Source: Octopus sinensis (taxonomy: Eukaryota). From it: 44,128 nucleotides of DNA. The notes beneath the pieces are model-generated. The model did not search any database. It was not told where the DNA came from and was given only the letters and a program-made list of their open reading frames with translations. The number at the start of each line of letters is the position of its first letter. The first letter of the stretch is position 1. The DNA lies in contig NW_021835069.1 in the NCBI RefSeq assembly GCF_006345805.1, positions 1 to 44,128 of the forward strand, written 5' to 3'. Of this stretch, positions 1 to 11,170 are shown piece after piece. A program made the position numbers and the translations under genes.

Positions 1-329
1 TGTGAGGTGAATGGTTCAGTGGTTAGAGCGTCGGGCTCACAATCATGAGAGTTTGATTCCCAGACCGAGCTGTGTGTTCTTGAACACGACACTATATTTC
101 ACGTTGCTCCTGTTTACTCAGCGGCAGCAATATGTTGCCACGTCATTGATGCCAAGTTGTATCGGCCGTTGTTGCCTTTCCCTTGGATAACATCAGTGGC
201 ATGGAGAAGGGTGGCTGCTATGCATGGATGACTGCTGGTCTTCCATAAACAAACTTGCCCGGGCTTGTGCTTCGGTGGGGGCACTTTCTGTGTGCAATCT
301 CATGGTCATTCATGACCGAAGGGGCTCTT
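1..329 (+). mobile_element. tRNA-derived SINE (family C in this report)
   Basis: tRNA-like head with A-box-like TGGTTCAGTGG and B-box-like GTTTGATTCCC, followed by a GTGTTCTTGAACACGACACT body also seen in the copies at 13.5 kb and 14.5 kb. Confidence 0.75.
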
Positions 330-565
330 ATGCACATACACACACACACACACACACACAATTATACCATATGTTACATATTTAATATATGATACCTTGG
401 TACTGTATGGACTAAGATCCCCGTTGACAGGCCGCTGGTATTTTTAGAGTGTTAAACGCTTTCGATATGGAAATTAGGAATTCCTTCATAGAGTAACTGC
501 TGCATTTGTTGAGTATATAAGCAGTTTGGCTACTTGTTTCTCTGCAGCGTATTAGAATGATGTGG

Positions 566-610
566 ATGCCTCTGATGAGAACCCAATAAGATTCGAGAAT
601 CGATTAGCAT
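566..610 (+). ncRNA. Degenerate type I hammerhead ribozyme motif (PLE-like remnant)
   Basis: ATGCCT-CTGATGA-GAA(CCCAATAAGA)TTC-GAGAA-TCGAT-T-AGCAT. Core CUGAUGA, stem II GAA/TTC, palindromic ATCGAT stem III, stem I ATGCCT/AG-CAT. GAAA is interrupted by an extra G. Confidence 0.45.
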
Positions 611-805
611 TGTTCATCAACCCTAATCGATCTTGACTTGAGACAAACACAGACACAAAAACACACTCACACACACATACATGCACATATATATTTGTGT
701 GTGTGTATGTATGTGTGTTTTAATATTATGCTTAGGTGTAGCTATAATAAAAACCTGGTCTTAGAACTCGATGTGTATATATATGAAATGAAATAAAATT
801 TTATG

Positions 806-1320
806 TAGGTATGGCTGTGTTGTAAGAAGCTTGCTTGGAAACTGCATGGTTCAGGGTTAAGTCCCACTGCGTGGCACCTTGGGCAAGTGTCTTCTACTAT
901 AGCCTCGGACCGACCAAAACTTTGTATTTGGTAGACAAAAATTGAAAGGAGCCTGACGTATATATATATGTATATATCTATACTTGTGAGTCTGTGTTTG
1001 ACCCATCATTGTTTGTCAATCGGTGTTGGTGTGTTGATGCCCATCCCGTGACTTAGCGGTTCAGTAAAAGAGACTCATAGAATAACTACTAGTCTTGAAA
1101 ATATAATAAGTCTAGGGGTCGATTTGTTCGACTAAAGCTCCTTAAGCCGGTTCTCCAGTATGGCTACAGCCAAATGATCGAGAAAAGTAAATAAGTAAAA
1201 GAATGTCTTGAAAATATAATAAGTCTAGGGGTCGATTTGTTCGACTAAAGCCCCTTAAGCCGGTGCTCCAGCATGACCGCAGTCAAATGACTGAAACAAG
1301 TAATAGTAAGAGTAAGAGTA
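806..1320 (+). mobile_element. SINE family A (tRNA head, internal microsatellite, CORE-like 3' part) with duplicated 3' end
   Basis: TGGCTGTGTTGTAAGAAGCTTGC...GTCCCACTGCGTGGCACCTTGGGCAAGTGTCTTCTACTATAGCC head/body; the 3' segment GGGGTCGATTTGTTCGACTAAAGC...GAAACAAGTAA is present twice. Confidence 0.85.
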
Positions 1321-1913
1321 CGTATGCATGTATGTATGTAATTATGCATGTATGCTTATATTTGATTACAAGCATACACACACACACGCGCGCGCGCACA
1401 CACACACACACACAACACACACACACACACACACACATACACACACACACAGGTACGTATGTGTTAGTGTGTGCGTGTATGTGTAGGTATATATGTTACA
1501 TGAAACTAAGTCGTATGAAGTATGGTTTTGCAAAATCAAATTCAACAAATTCGAGTGTACGTGGAAGCGAGAATACGTATCATTGCGGAAGTTCGCGGAC
1601 GCGAGAATACCTATCGCTGCGTGTTAGACAGGAGTGAAAACATAAGACGGACTGTGAATGACGTCATTGGAATGTAATACGTATGCTTCATGCAACATTC
1701 TTTATTTAATATTATTTGAACAAGCTTTACGTACCTAGCATTCATTGTATTTGCTGTTGCAGTGAGAATAATTTCAATCTTACCAGGCTGTGGACGGATA
1801 GATTTCATGTTCGTTGTTGACGAAGTGAAACGACTCAGTGACGATCTAATGACGTCATTCGCAGTCAATGATATCTAAGAAAGGCCTTTTCGCTTGCGGT
1901 TGCACATGAAATA

Positions 1914-2261
1914 TACTCTTTTACTTGTTTCAGTCATTTGACTGTGGCCATGCTGGAGCACCGCCTTTTGTCGAGCAAATCGACCCCAGGACTTATTCTT
2001 TGTAACCGTTAAGTTTCGGGGACGGAAACACACCAGAATCGGTCGTCAAGCGAAGTTGGGGGGGGGGGACAAACACATATACACACACACATACATATAT
2101 ACGACGGGCTTCATTCAGTTTCCGTCTACCAAATCCACTAACAAAGCTTTGGTCGGCCCGAAGCTATAGAAGACATTTGCCCAAGTGCCACGCAGTGGGA
2201 CTAACCCGGGATCATGTGGTTGGTAAGCAAGCTACTTACTATACAGTCACTCCTACGCCTA
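1914..2261 (-). mobile_element. SINE family A, near full length
   Basis: Reverse complement of the family A consensus, from CTCTTTTACTTGTTTCAGTCATTTGACTG to CACTCCTACGCCTA. Confidence 0.9.
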
Positions 2262-2291
2262 TATATAGATATATATATATATATATATAGA

Positions 2292-2323
<32 letters not shown>

Positions 2324-2337
2324 CGTATATATTTATG

Positions 2338-2465
2338 TTCGTGTCATTGTGTCTGTGTTTGTCCCCCCACTATCTCTTCACAACTGATGTTGTGTTTACA
2401 TCCCAGCAACCTAGCAGTTCGGCAAAACTGAAAGTACAGAATAAGTACTAAAGTTACAAAGAGTA
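2338..2465 (+). mobile_element. SINE family A internal fragment
   Basis: TGTCTGTGTTTGTCCCCCC...TAGCAGTTCGGCAAAA...AGAATAAGTACTA matches the 3' half of family A. Confidence 0.6.
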
Positions 2466-2639
2466 TCCTAGACATATCTAGATATGCGCATGTATATTTA
2501 CATGATAAACTTTTGGAAAGTTTCTCAGATTTTACAGTTCCAGTGATCGCTTGGATCTGTAGTCTTTGGATCAGCTTTCTCCTTTCTGGTTTTGAGAAGC
2601 CTTGTTTCTGAAGATTGGTTTATTGGACAGCGTATTACA

Positions 2640-2762
2640 TATGTATGTTTATATGTATGTCTGTATGTATGTATGTATGTATGTATGTATGTATGTATGT
2701 ATGTATGTTATGTATGTATGCATGTATGTATGTATGTATGCATGTATGTATGTACATATGTA
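2640..2762. repeat. (TATG)n tetranucleotide microsatellite
   Basis: Direct reading; source of the YVCM ORFs. Confidence 0.95.
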
Positions 2763-2764
2763 TG

Positions 2765-2979
2765 TATTCTCTTTTACTCTCTTTTACTTGTTTCAGTTAT
2801 TTGACTGCGGCCATGCTGGAGCACCGCCTTTAGTCGAGCAAATCGACCCCAGGACTTATTATTTGTAAGCCTAGTACTTATTCTATCGGTCTCTTTTGCC
2901 GAACCGCTAAGTTACGGGTCGTAAACACACCAGCATCGGTTGTCAAGCGATGTTGGGGTGAGAAACACTGACACACAAA

Positions 2980-3016
<37 letters not shown>

Positions 3017-3220
3017 GCATACATATATATATACATATACATACATACATAAATACGACGTGCTTTTTTCAGTTTCTCTCTACCAAATCCACTCACAAGG
3101 CGTTGGTTGGCCCGAGGCTATAGTAGAAGATACTTGCCCAAGGTACCACGCAGTGGGACTGAACCCGGAACCATGTGGCTGGTAAGCAAGCTACTTACCA
3201 CGCAGCCACTCCTGTGCCTA
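2765..3220 (-). mobile_element. SINE family A, full length
   Basis: Matches the other family A copies end to end, with an internal (CA)/(TACA) tract. Confidence 0.92.
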
Positions 3221-3317
3221 AAAAAATTCTATGTATGTATTACGAAAGCTGATATGACCAGACGTGTGAGATCGAGAATATCAAATATAAAAGTACATCT
3301 TAATATTCTGATTATAC

Positions 3318-3357
<40 letters not shown>

Positions 3358-3689
3358 AAGAAAAACAGAATGTACAATATATAAAATCAATTTCACAGGG
3401 AAAAAAAATATAATTTGAAAAATAATAGAAAAATAATAGATTACGAGAATAACTAAATGAAAACAAGAAGGAAAATAGTGAACGGACCGCTTAGAAATTA
3501 ATTTGTGATGTTTTGAAAATATGTATTGAAAAATTTCGAAAATAGATGGAAGAATAACATATAAAAATATAGTTAAATGAAATAGCAAGCAATGCAAACT
3601 CTGGAAAAACCAAAAAAACCCCCAAAAAAGAAGAAAATTTTAAGAGCAGGTGAAGTGTTGAAGATAGTTTGAAAGTAATTGGAAAGTTA

Positions 3690-3754
3690 CCTACACACAC
3701 ATACACGCATACACACGCGCACGCACGAATGCACACATACACGCGCGCACACAA

Positions 3755-3799
<45 letters not shown>

Positions 3800-3868
3800 T
3801 ACATGTATATATACATACACACTAAGACATACATATATACACACATGGGCTGTAGACTTCTATGTATA

Positions 3869-3909
<41 letters not shown>

Positions 3910-4198
3910 TGTGTGTGGTGTGTGTGTGTGTGTGGATGTGTGTATGTAAGTATGTATATATATCTATTTATTTATCTATCTACCTATATATATATACATA
4001 TATACTTACATACTTACATATATACATATATATATATATTACACGCACACATATATTTACATATATATGTTTACTTTCAAATTTATATGTCTGTATATAC
4101 ATATACATATATGTATACACACACACATATATATACAGGTATGTATAGTTATACATATCTACCAATGTCTTTATGTATACACACACACATTCACATAC

Positions 4199-4267
<69 letters not shown>

Positions 4268-4320
4268 CATGTATGTACACTTATAGATATCTACCAATCT
4301 TTATGTATCCACACACACAT

Positions 4321-4373
<53 letters not shown>

Positions 4374-4490
4374 ATATATATATATATATAAAGCAAGAGA
4401 AATATATGCATGTGTATGCATATATTCATGCATCCATGTAAATGTGCATAATGGTAATTAGCCCTCTTCTCCTCTCTCTCTCTCTCTCTC
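3690..4490. repeat. Compound (CA)n/(TA)n/(CT)n microsatellite field
   Basis: Direct reading. Confidence 0.95.
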
Positions 4491-4504
4491 ACTCAATGAA
4501 CGCA

Positions 4505-4745
4505 CAATATGGACTAGCCATTACAGTGCATGGATCAAGGTCGTAAGATCGTGTTTTCAATTCCTGGACGGAGCGCCTCTATGCGTCCTTCAGGAATTCT
4601 CTTCTATAATTTGTTCGTTGTTCCTGTGCTCTCATCTATAATCAATACCAACCGGTGGCACATCTGTCTTTCCCTACAGTTCTCACATCATGGTTGTTCT
4701 GGTTGTTCACAGGAGGCGACCTGGAGGGACATATACATGCAATCT
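4505..4745 (+). mobile_element. Degenerate tRNA-headed SINE (family C-like)
   Basis: AATATGGACTAGCC...GTCGTAAGATCGTGTTTTCAATTCCTGGACGGAGCG resembles the head at 28218. Confidence 0.45.
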
Positions 4746-4749
4746 AGTG

Positions 4750-4870
4750 ATATATATATATATATATATATACGTGTGCGTGTATACATATCTGTCTACC
4801 TATATACATTTTTCTTTGTGTGTATATATATATGTATATATATGTATATATATATGTGTGTATATATATA

Positions 4871-4923
<53 letters not shown>

Positions 4924-4989
4924 ATTTACGTATGTATGTATGTATGTACCTCTCTCTCTCACTCTCTCTCTCTCTCCTCTCTCTCTATT

Positions 4990-5030
<41 letters not shown>

Positions 5031-5235
5031 CGAGTGAAACATTAATGGCAACAGTCTCACTGCTTTGTGAGTCCCTGAAACACCAATGAGTACTTTTCTA
5101 TCCTCTAGACTCAGCAATTTGTTTATATGAATCTATCTATCTATCTGTCTGTCCGTCTGTCTTTCTAGCTATTTATGTATATATATGTACATTCACATAT
5201 ATACATGTATATTAATATATATATATATATACATA

Positions 5236-5279
<44 letters not shown>

Positions 5280-5340
5280 TATATATATATAATATAGTTA
5301 CACGCACACATACTCACACATACATTCACACACACACAGA
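4750..5340. repeat. Compound (TA)n/(TG)n/(CT)n microsatellites
   Basis: Direct reading. Confidence 0.9.
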
Positions 5341-6831
5341 CGCTCGCTCAGAAGAATTCTTATTCGGAAGTTCTTTATATTTCCCCCTGCTTCCATTTTT
5401 TTTCTTTTCGTTTTTTCGTAGAAATGCCTCACAAAAAAAAAATGCAAGCTTTTGTTTAATCTAAGTCCTGATATCTCCGAATCGATTTCCTGCTGAAAGC
5501 AATTCAATTCGCTTCAGACCAACTCCCGCTAACCCCCACCCGTTCCCACACTCCCCCGCTCCTAATGCCCTTGAGTGCAGTGAAGCAAGAACGTCACCCA
5601 ATTACATTACTTGGCCTTTAAACGTATTATAAAATTTTAGCGTTATAGAAATGCTTTAAAATTAGGGTGTTTATACCTCCAACACCACCTGTACAACCCC
5701 CTGCTTGTAATCTGTTGTCTTAATCATTGCTGAAAAATAGGAATTTTGAAACAACGTATAGCGCATCTTCTTTTTGTCTTTTATTATTTTTTTCTTTTGG
5801 TATTTTGCTTTTTATTCTTTCTTTAACATTTCGATTGTCATGGAATCAGTTCCTATGATTTATTCCGATAAAGAATTTCATCTAGCAGGTGGAAAGCTGA
5901 AATATGGACATGTATAGAAAGTACAGTTGATGTACGATTCTTTTAGCTGGTGTAATTATTTATGTAAGAAAGCTGTTGTAATTGTTAGACTCATTTTCAG
6001 AAGTGGTGCTGCGTTTCTGTGGCAAAAACGTTTTGCTAAATTGTATTATGGCAATGTTGCTAAAGTTTCTTTGTTTCAAAAGTCTTTATTTTCTGCAGGT
6101 TTTTGTTGATGTTGTTGTCGTCAAGTTATTTGCTGTAAGAGAAATGTCGATATCATTTCTCTACTTTTGTACTCGATTGCTAAAAACAAAAATTTAATGC
6201 TAACTCTTTAATACAAGACAGATTAAAAAGAGAACTATGAATAAATTATGTGATACGAAGAAAAAAAATCAACGATGTAAATCTATGACTAATAATATTT
6301 TTCGCTGTTTGTCTGCAAATAGCCGAGTCATATATATGAACAATAAACAATCGCTTTGAGTTTCACCATGCAAAATATTGTTTTGTGTTGCCATTTTAAT
6401 GCATGCACACTGTCGATAACGCTAAAATAACACATCTCATGGACATAACGTATTAAAAATACTATATATACGAGAGGAAACGAAATTGTTCCAGAAGCGG
6501 CCAGTTGGAACACCAAGTGCATTTTGGCCATTTTTGATCTTTTCAATGCCGTATATTTGTAGCTAGTCACATGCTTGAGCGAGGAATTCATTATCTCTGA
6601 TAGAGGAGAAAGTAAATATAATATTGCCTGATGTTGCGAATAGCTGCACAGTTGAACAAAAATTCGGTATACACAATTGAGGCAGACGCCGCAGGGACAA
6701 ATTTTCCTCTCCTTCTGGTATTTACTGTTTTAAACATAGCACGTCGATAAGATAAGTAATCTCAGGACAAACATTGCCGCAACCAACCGGTCGACTTTTT
6801 ACACATTAAATATGATACATAGATGGCTTTG

Positions 6832-6903
6832 TTAATCTGATAGTACCTTACTTGCGTACATCGGACATTAATCTGATACTGCCTCACTTGCGTATATCGG
6901 ACA
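6832..6903. repeat. Two-copy 36-bp tandem repeat
   Basis: TTAATCTGATAGTACCTTACTTGCGTACATCGGACA followed by TTAATCTGATACTGCCTCACTTGCGTATATCGGACA. Confidence 0.9.
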
Positions 6904-7424
6904 TTCATTCATAACGATGCCTCGCACATAAAGTCCGAAAATAGCCAAAACATATCAGATGTCTCTCGTACATTTCAGAAAAAAAAAAATTAACATTAGT
7001 CATTGACTAATATTGGCTTTCCTCAAAATTCTTATTGCTTTTTTAATTCTGAATGTATCAAATAGATTGATAGTGGAATAGTTATCTATGCATCATAACG
7101 TATATATGTCGCTGATAGGCCTGGTGCTGTAGTTTTTGTCAGAGAAAATCTTTTGTCTGACAGAAAATCTTATCATAACGAAGCTCTTGAATTGAAACGA
7201 ACACCGTCCTAGCAGTGACCACCAGAATGCCAGAAGCGTTCAATCATCCTTTCACCTAAATATATGACTATCGAGTACATGTCATTGACATGTTTAAGGA
7301 AGCGGAAAGGCGTCTGACCTTTTCGTGGTCACTGCTGGGTCAATGGTCGTCTTGATCCAATATGTATTGCGCTTTTAACACAACAGCTAACAGCAACTAC
7401 TTACAATCGGATTTCAATTTCATT

Positions 7425-7522
7425 ACGCGGCACGTTAAGCAACTTTTATTGCCATAGACTCAGGTTGACCAAAGTTTTGTGAACGGAATTTGGTTGACGG
7501 AAATTTTGTCAAAGCGCGTCGA
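7425..7522 (+). mobile_element. Degenerate SINE family A body fragment
   Basis: GCGGCACGTTAAGCAA...GACCAAAGTTTTGTGAACGGAATTTGGTTGACGGAAA aligns by eye to the family A body. Confidence 0.55.
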
Positions 7523-7744
7523 AAGAACCGTTCCTGTTCTCAATTGGTTTATTCCCCACCTCATCATCGCCCACTCAAACGTTACCAACATCTGGTCCAT
7601 GGGTGGCTGTAATGGAACCCAATCCATTGGAAGCACTTCAGCCTGGTTTCCGATCTGAGCATTTCAGCCACGTTTCTTCTCCCATCCTTCCAAAAGTCTC
7701 AGAACCTTTTCTGTGATTAATTTCATGAGAGATGAGTTTATGTG

Positions 7745-8160
7745 GATATTTTAGGACAAATCATGATGGTATGAGTGACATATTCTACATTGATATGGCA
7801 CAAGCGACACTTTGTATCACAGTGTGGATGTTTAGAGTCACTCTTTTTATTTTGTTAGACAGCTATTTAGTACTCATCTTTTGTTCATGGATAACAAAGG
7901 CATAGCCTTCTAGGTAAGATGTGATATCATCTCTGCAAATTCAGGAGAGGCTACCATTCCTAGCAATAGGGCTGGTATTTTCTAGCTTGCGGGATATGCA
8001 CCGATGCATAACATTCTACTGATTTGGCGAGTATTTCTCTTCCAAATCTTTGTATAGATAGGTCAGACCTGCTTTGTTCACATAGAGCAGTTGTACACTC
8101 GGAGTACTCGTTCAAATATTATTCGCCTAATCTGATGATGAAATTACCTTCACTGTTAAG
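7745..8160 (-). mobile_element. Relic of an RLE-type non-LTR retrotransposon (R4/Dong-like), CCHC zinc-knuckle region
   Basis: Minus-strand translation SYLEGYAFVIHEQKMSTK*L, then after a frameshift KKSDSKHPHCDTKCRLCHINVEYVTHTIMICPKIS (C-X2-C-X8-H-X4-C), typical of the post-RT region of R4-like elements. Confidence 0.7.
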
Positions 8161-8675
8161 TACACACGTAATATACTCATGTCCGTTTCTTTGTCTGTCT
8201 GTCTGTCTAAATGTATGTATGTATGTATGAATGGATGTATTGATGGGTGGATGGAAGCATGTGTGTATTTATTTCAGACTTGCAAAAGGAGTCGTGCCTA
8301 TGGTGGGATATGCACTGGTGTTATTCAACAGACTTTCGAGTTGGGCAGCATAGTTTAACTACAGACCATTCTAGAACACATTCTCTACCATCAATACCCA
8401 CCACCAACAGCAGCAGCAGCACCACCACCACCTACTCACCAAGTGCCATTTATCAACCCACATACACATTCCAGAGGTTCGAGATTGTGAGATTGGTCTT
8501 TAACAAAAGAAACGTCACATTTTATCACAGAATTAACAGTTGGTGGTTGTAAATGAAGGGGTTTTTAGCAAATATTTCAAGTGGAGAAATGTGCTTAGGA
8601 CAGAGGCTAAAGTTTACAGTCATCTGATAAGGTGGAGGATGATGGTCCCGCTGTGTGTAGGGTGAGATAGTGAGT

Positions 8676-8679
<4 letters not shown>

Positions 8680-8748
<69 letters not shown>

Positions 8749-8760
8749 AGAGAGAGAGAA
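8680..8760. repeat. (TA)n-(GA)n microsatellite
   Basis: Direct reading. Confidence 0.95.
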
Positions 8761-9171
8761 AAAGGGGAAGAGTATATGATCTGCCGTGAGAAACATAAAA
8801 ATTCAGAGAGAAAAAGTAGGCGATATCTCTTTGTAAATGTTTGTTCTTTGTCATTTCGATATTATTGCATGTTTAATAAAATGGTAATTTATTACGGGTA
8901 GATCTAATTTATGAATCCCACCCTGTTATAATTCACAACAGAAAAAATTGAGTCATTCGTACAAACACACACACACATACACAAACACACGTACATAATA
9001 CTTGTGTAGGTACACACTTATGTATTTAAGTGTGAGTATGTGTGTTTGTATAAATATATACGTGTAATTAGACAGAGATAAATTATATGATTCTGTATAT
9101 CTCTTCCCACGGTTGCCTTTATCAATATTGCCTCCTATCATTTCTCGCTGCTCCCCCCTCTCTCTCGCTCT

Positions 9172-9174
9172 CTG

Positions 9175-9257
<83 letters not shown>

Positions 9258-9285
9258 ATATATATATATATATAATATATATATG

Positions 9286-9345
<60 letters not shown>
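9172..9345. repeat. Long (TA)n microsatellite
   Basis: Direct reading. Confidence 0.95.
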
Positions 9346-9346
<1 letters not shown>

Positions 9347-9359
9347 TTATATTAGATTC

Positions 9360-9546
9360 AGAATTTGGCGCAAGGCTTGCAATTTCGGGGGTGGGTTGTA
9401 AGTCGATTACCTCGACCCCAATGATTAATTGGAACTTATTTTATCGACTCAGAAAGGGATGATAGGCAAACTCAGAATGTAAAAGCTGACGAAATGTTGC
9501 CAGGAATTTTACCTGAAGTGCTAACGGTTCTGTCAGCTCACCGTTG
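9360..9546 (-). mobile_element. CORE-type SINE (family B), degenerate
   Basis: AGTCGATTACCTCGACCCC...TTTTATCGACTCAGAAAGGGATGA...CTAACGGTTCTGTCAGCTCACCG. Confidence 0.75.
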
Positions 9547-9559
9547 TATAAATATATAT

Positions 9560-9958
9560 TCTTTTCTACTCTAGTTACAAGGCGTGAAATTTTGGGGGAG
9601 GGGTCCAGTCGATTACATCGCCCTCAGTACGCAGTTGGTACTTAATTTATCGACCCCGAAAGGATGAAAGGCAAAGTCGACCTCGGCGGAATTTGAGCAC
9701 AGAACGTAAAGACATACAGAATACCTATTTCGTTATTACTCACAAGGAGCTAAACACAGAGGGGAAAATCAAGGACAGACAAAGGTATTAAGTCGATTAT
9801 AGCGACCCAAGTGAGTAACTGGTACTTATTTAATCGACCCCGAATGGATGAAAGGCAAAGTCGACCTCGGCGGAATTTGAACACAGAACGTAAAGACAGA
9901 CGAAATACCGCAAAACATCTCGCCCGGCGCGCTAACGTTTCTGCCAGCTCACCACCTT
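9560..9958 (-). mobile_element. Composite/nested CORE-type SINE (family B inside family B)
   Basis: Two CORE-like blocks (GGTACTTAATTTATCGACCCCGAAAGGATGAAAGGCAAAGTCGACCTCGGCGG) with two different tails and one head. Confidence 0.88.
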
Positions 9959-10245
9959 AATATAAATATATATTGATATACAAAGCAATGTATTTCGGAA
10001 CATACCCCAACCATCCCTTACACCACTGTAACTTTTTCTTTATTCATAAATTCTTTTATTATATTTCATGAATTAAACATAAGAAATTACGATACCGACA
10101 CAAAATATGCAATTTTTTGTCTGCTTCTAGTTCATAAAATGTCTTGGGATATACTAGACCGAAATGATTATTGAAGGTTGTTTTTGCTTTTTTACTTTCA
10201 CTTTTTTACAATGTGAGTACGACCTAGAAGATTAAAATTATATAT

Positions 10246-10330
<85 letters not shown>

Positions 10331-10331
<1 letters not shown>

Positions 10332-10592
10332 CGGGAAGCTTTATGAAAATAGACAAAAGACGAAGGCAGGTGGAATACAAACAAACAATTGTATTAGTAT
10401 GGCGCTCAGGAATATAAATAAAACAAGTCTTTTACGTTTCGAGCCTACGCTCTTCAACAGAAAGATACACAGAAAAGACACACAGAAAGAAACAAGGAGA
10501 GGAAAAAAATGCGTGCAGAGGCTAGCGAATCAACATGGCGATCTGATTTCGGCCAGAAGTCAAAGATCAAACGTGAGACGCAAGAGCGAAAT
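10331..10592 (-). mobile_element. Penelope-like pLTR remnant ending in (TA)n
   Basis: Unique segment bounded by (TA)n and carrying the HHR motif at 10428-10465; PLE assignment is inferred from the HHR. Confidence 0.55.
10428..10465 (-). ncRNA. Minimal type I hammerhead ribozyme motif, core variant CUGUUGA
   Basis: Minus strand TCTTT-CTGTTGA-A-GAGC(GTAG)GCTC-GAA-ACGT-A-AAAGA: 5-bp stem I, 4-bp stem II, palindromic ACGT stem III, GUA cleavage triplet. Confidence 0.65.
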
Positions 10593-10600
10593 AATATATA

Positions 10601-10912
10601 TAGCTTGCTAGTATAATGACCTCGCTCGATGTGGGGCGGTTATCTCCCCTGTCAGCACATAGACAATGTGTTTTATGTGGGCTATAAGTGTCTTTGACTT
10701 GTTACTAGCAATGTAGACGCTACCCTGCACCCTCAGTCACCATTAGTGACAATTGCATTTATCTTTTGGGGATTTTCTATTGCGTTTAGTTACCTTTGTT
10801 ATTTTAAATACACACACACACCGCACACTCACACACAGACACACACAGACACACACACATACACAGACACACACACACAGACACACACACACACAGAGGC
10901 ATACACACACAG

Positions 10913-10946
<34 letters not shown>

Positions 10947-11157
10947 GTTTAAAATAACAAAGGTAGCTAAACGCAATAGAAAATCCCAAAAAGATAAATG
11001 CAATTGTCACTAATGGTGACTGAGGGTGCATGGTAGCGTCTACATTGCTAGTAAGAAAAGTCAAAGACACTTATAGCCCACATAAAACACATTGTCTATG
11101 TGCTGACAGGGGAGATAACCGCCCCACAGCGAGCGAGGTCATTATGCTAGCAAGCTA
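10601..11157. repeat. Foldback: ~208/210-bp inverted arms around a (CA)-rich spacer, flanked by (TA)n
   Basis: Arm 10601-10808 is the reverse complement of 10948-11157, with about five substitutions and one 2-nt indel counted by eye. Confidence 0.92.
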
Positions 11158-11170
11158 TATATATATATAT

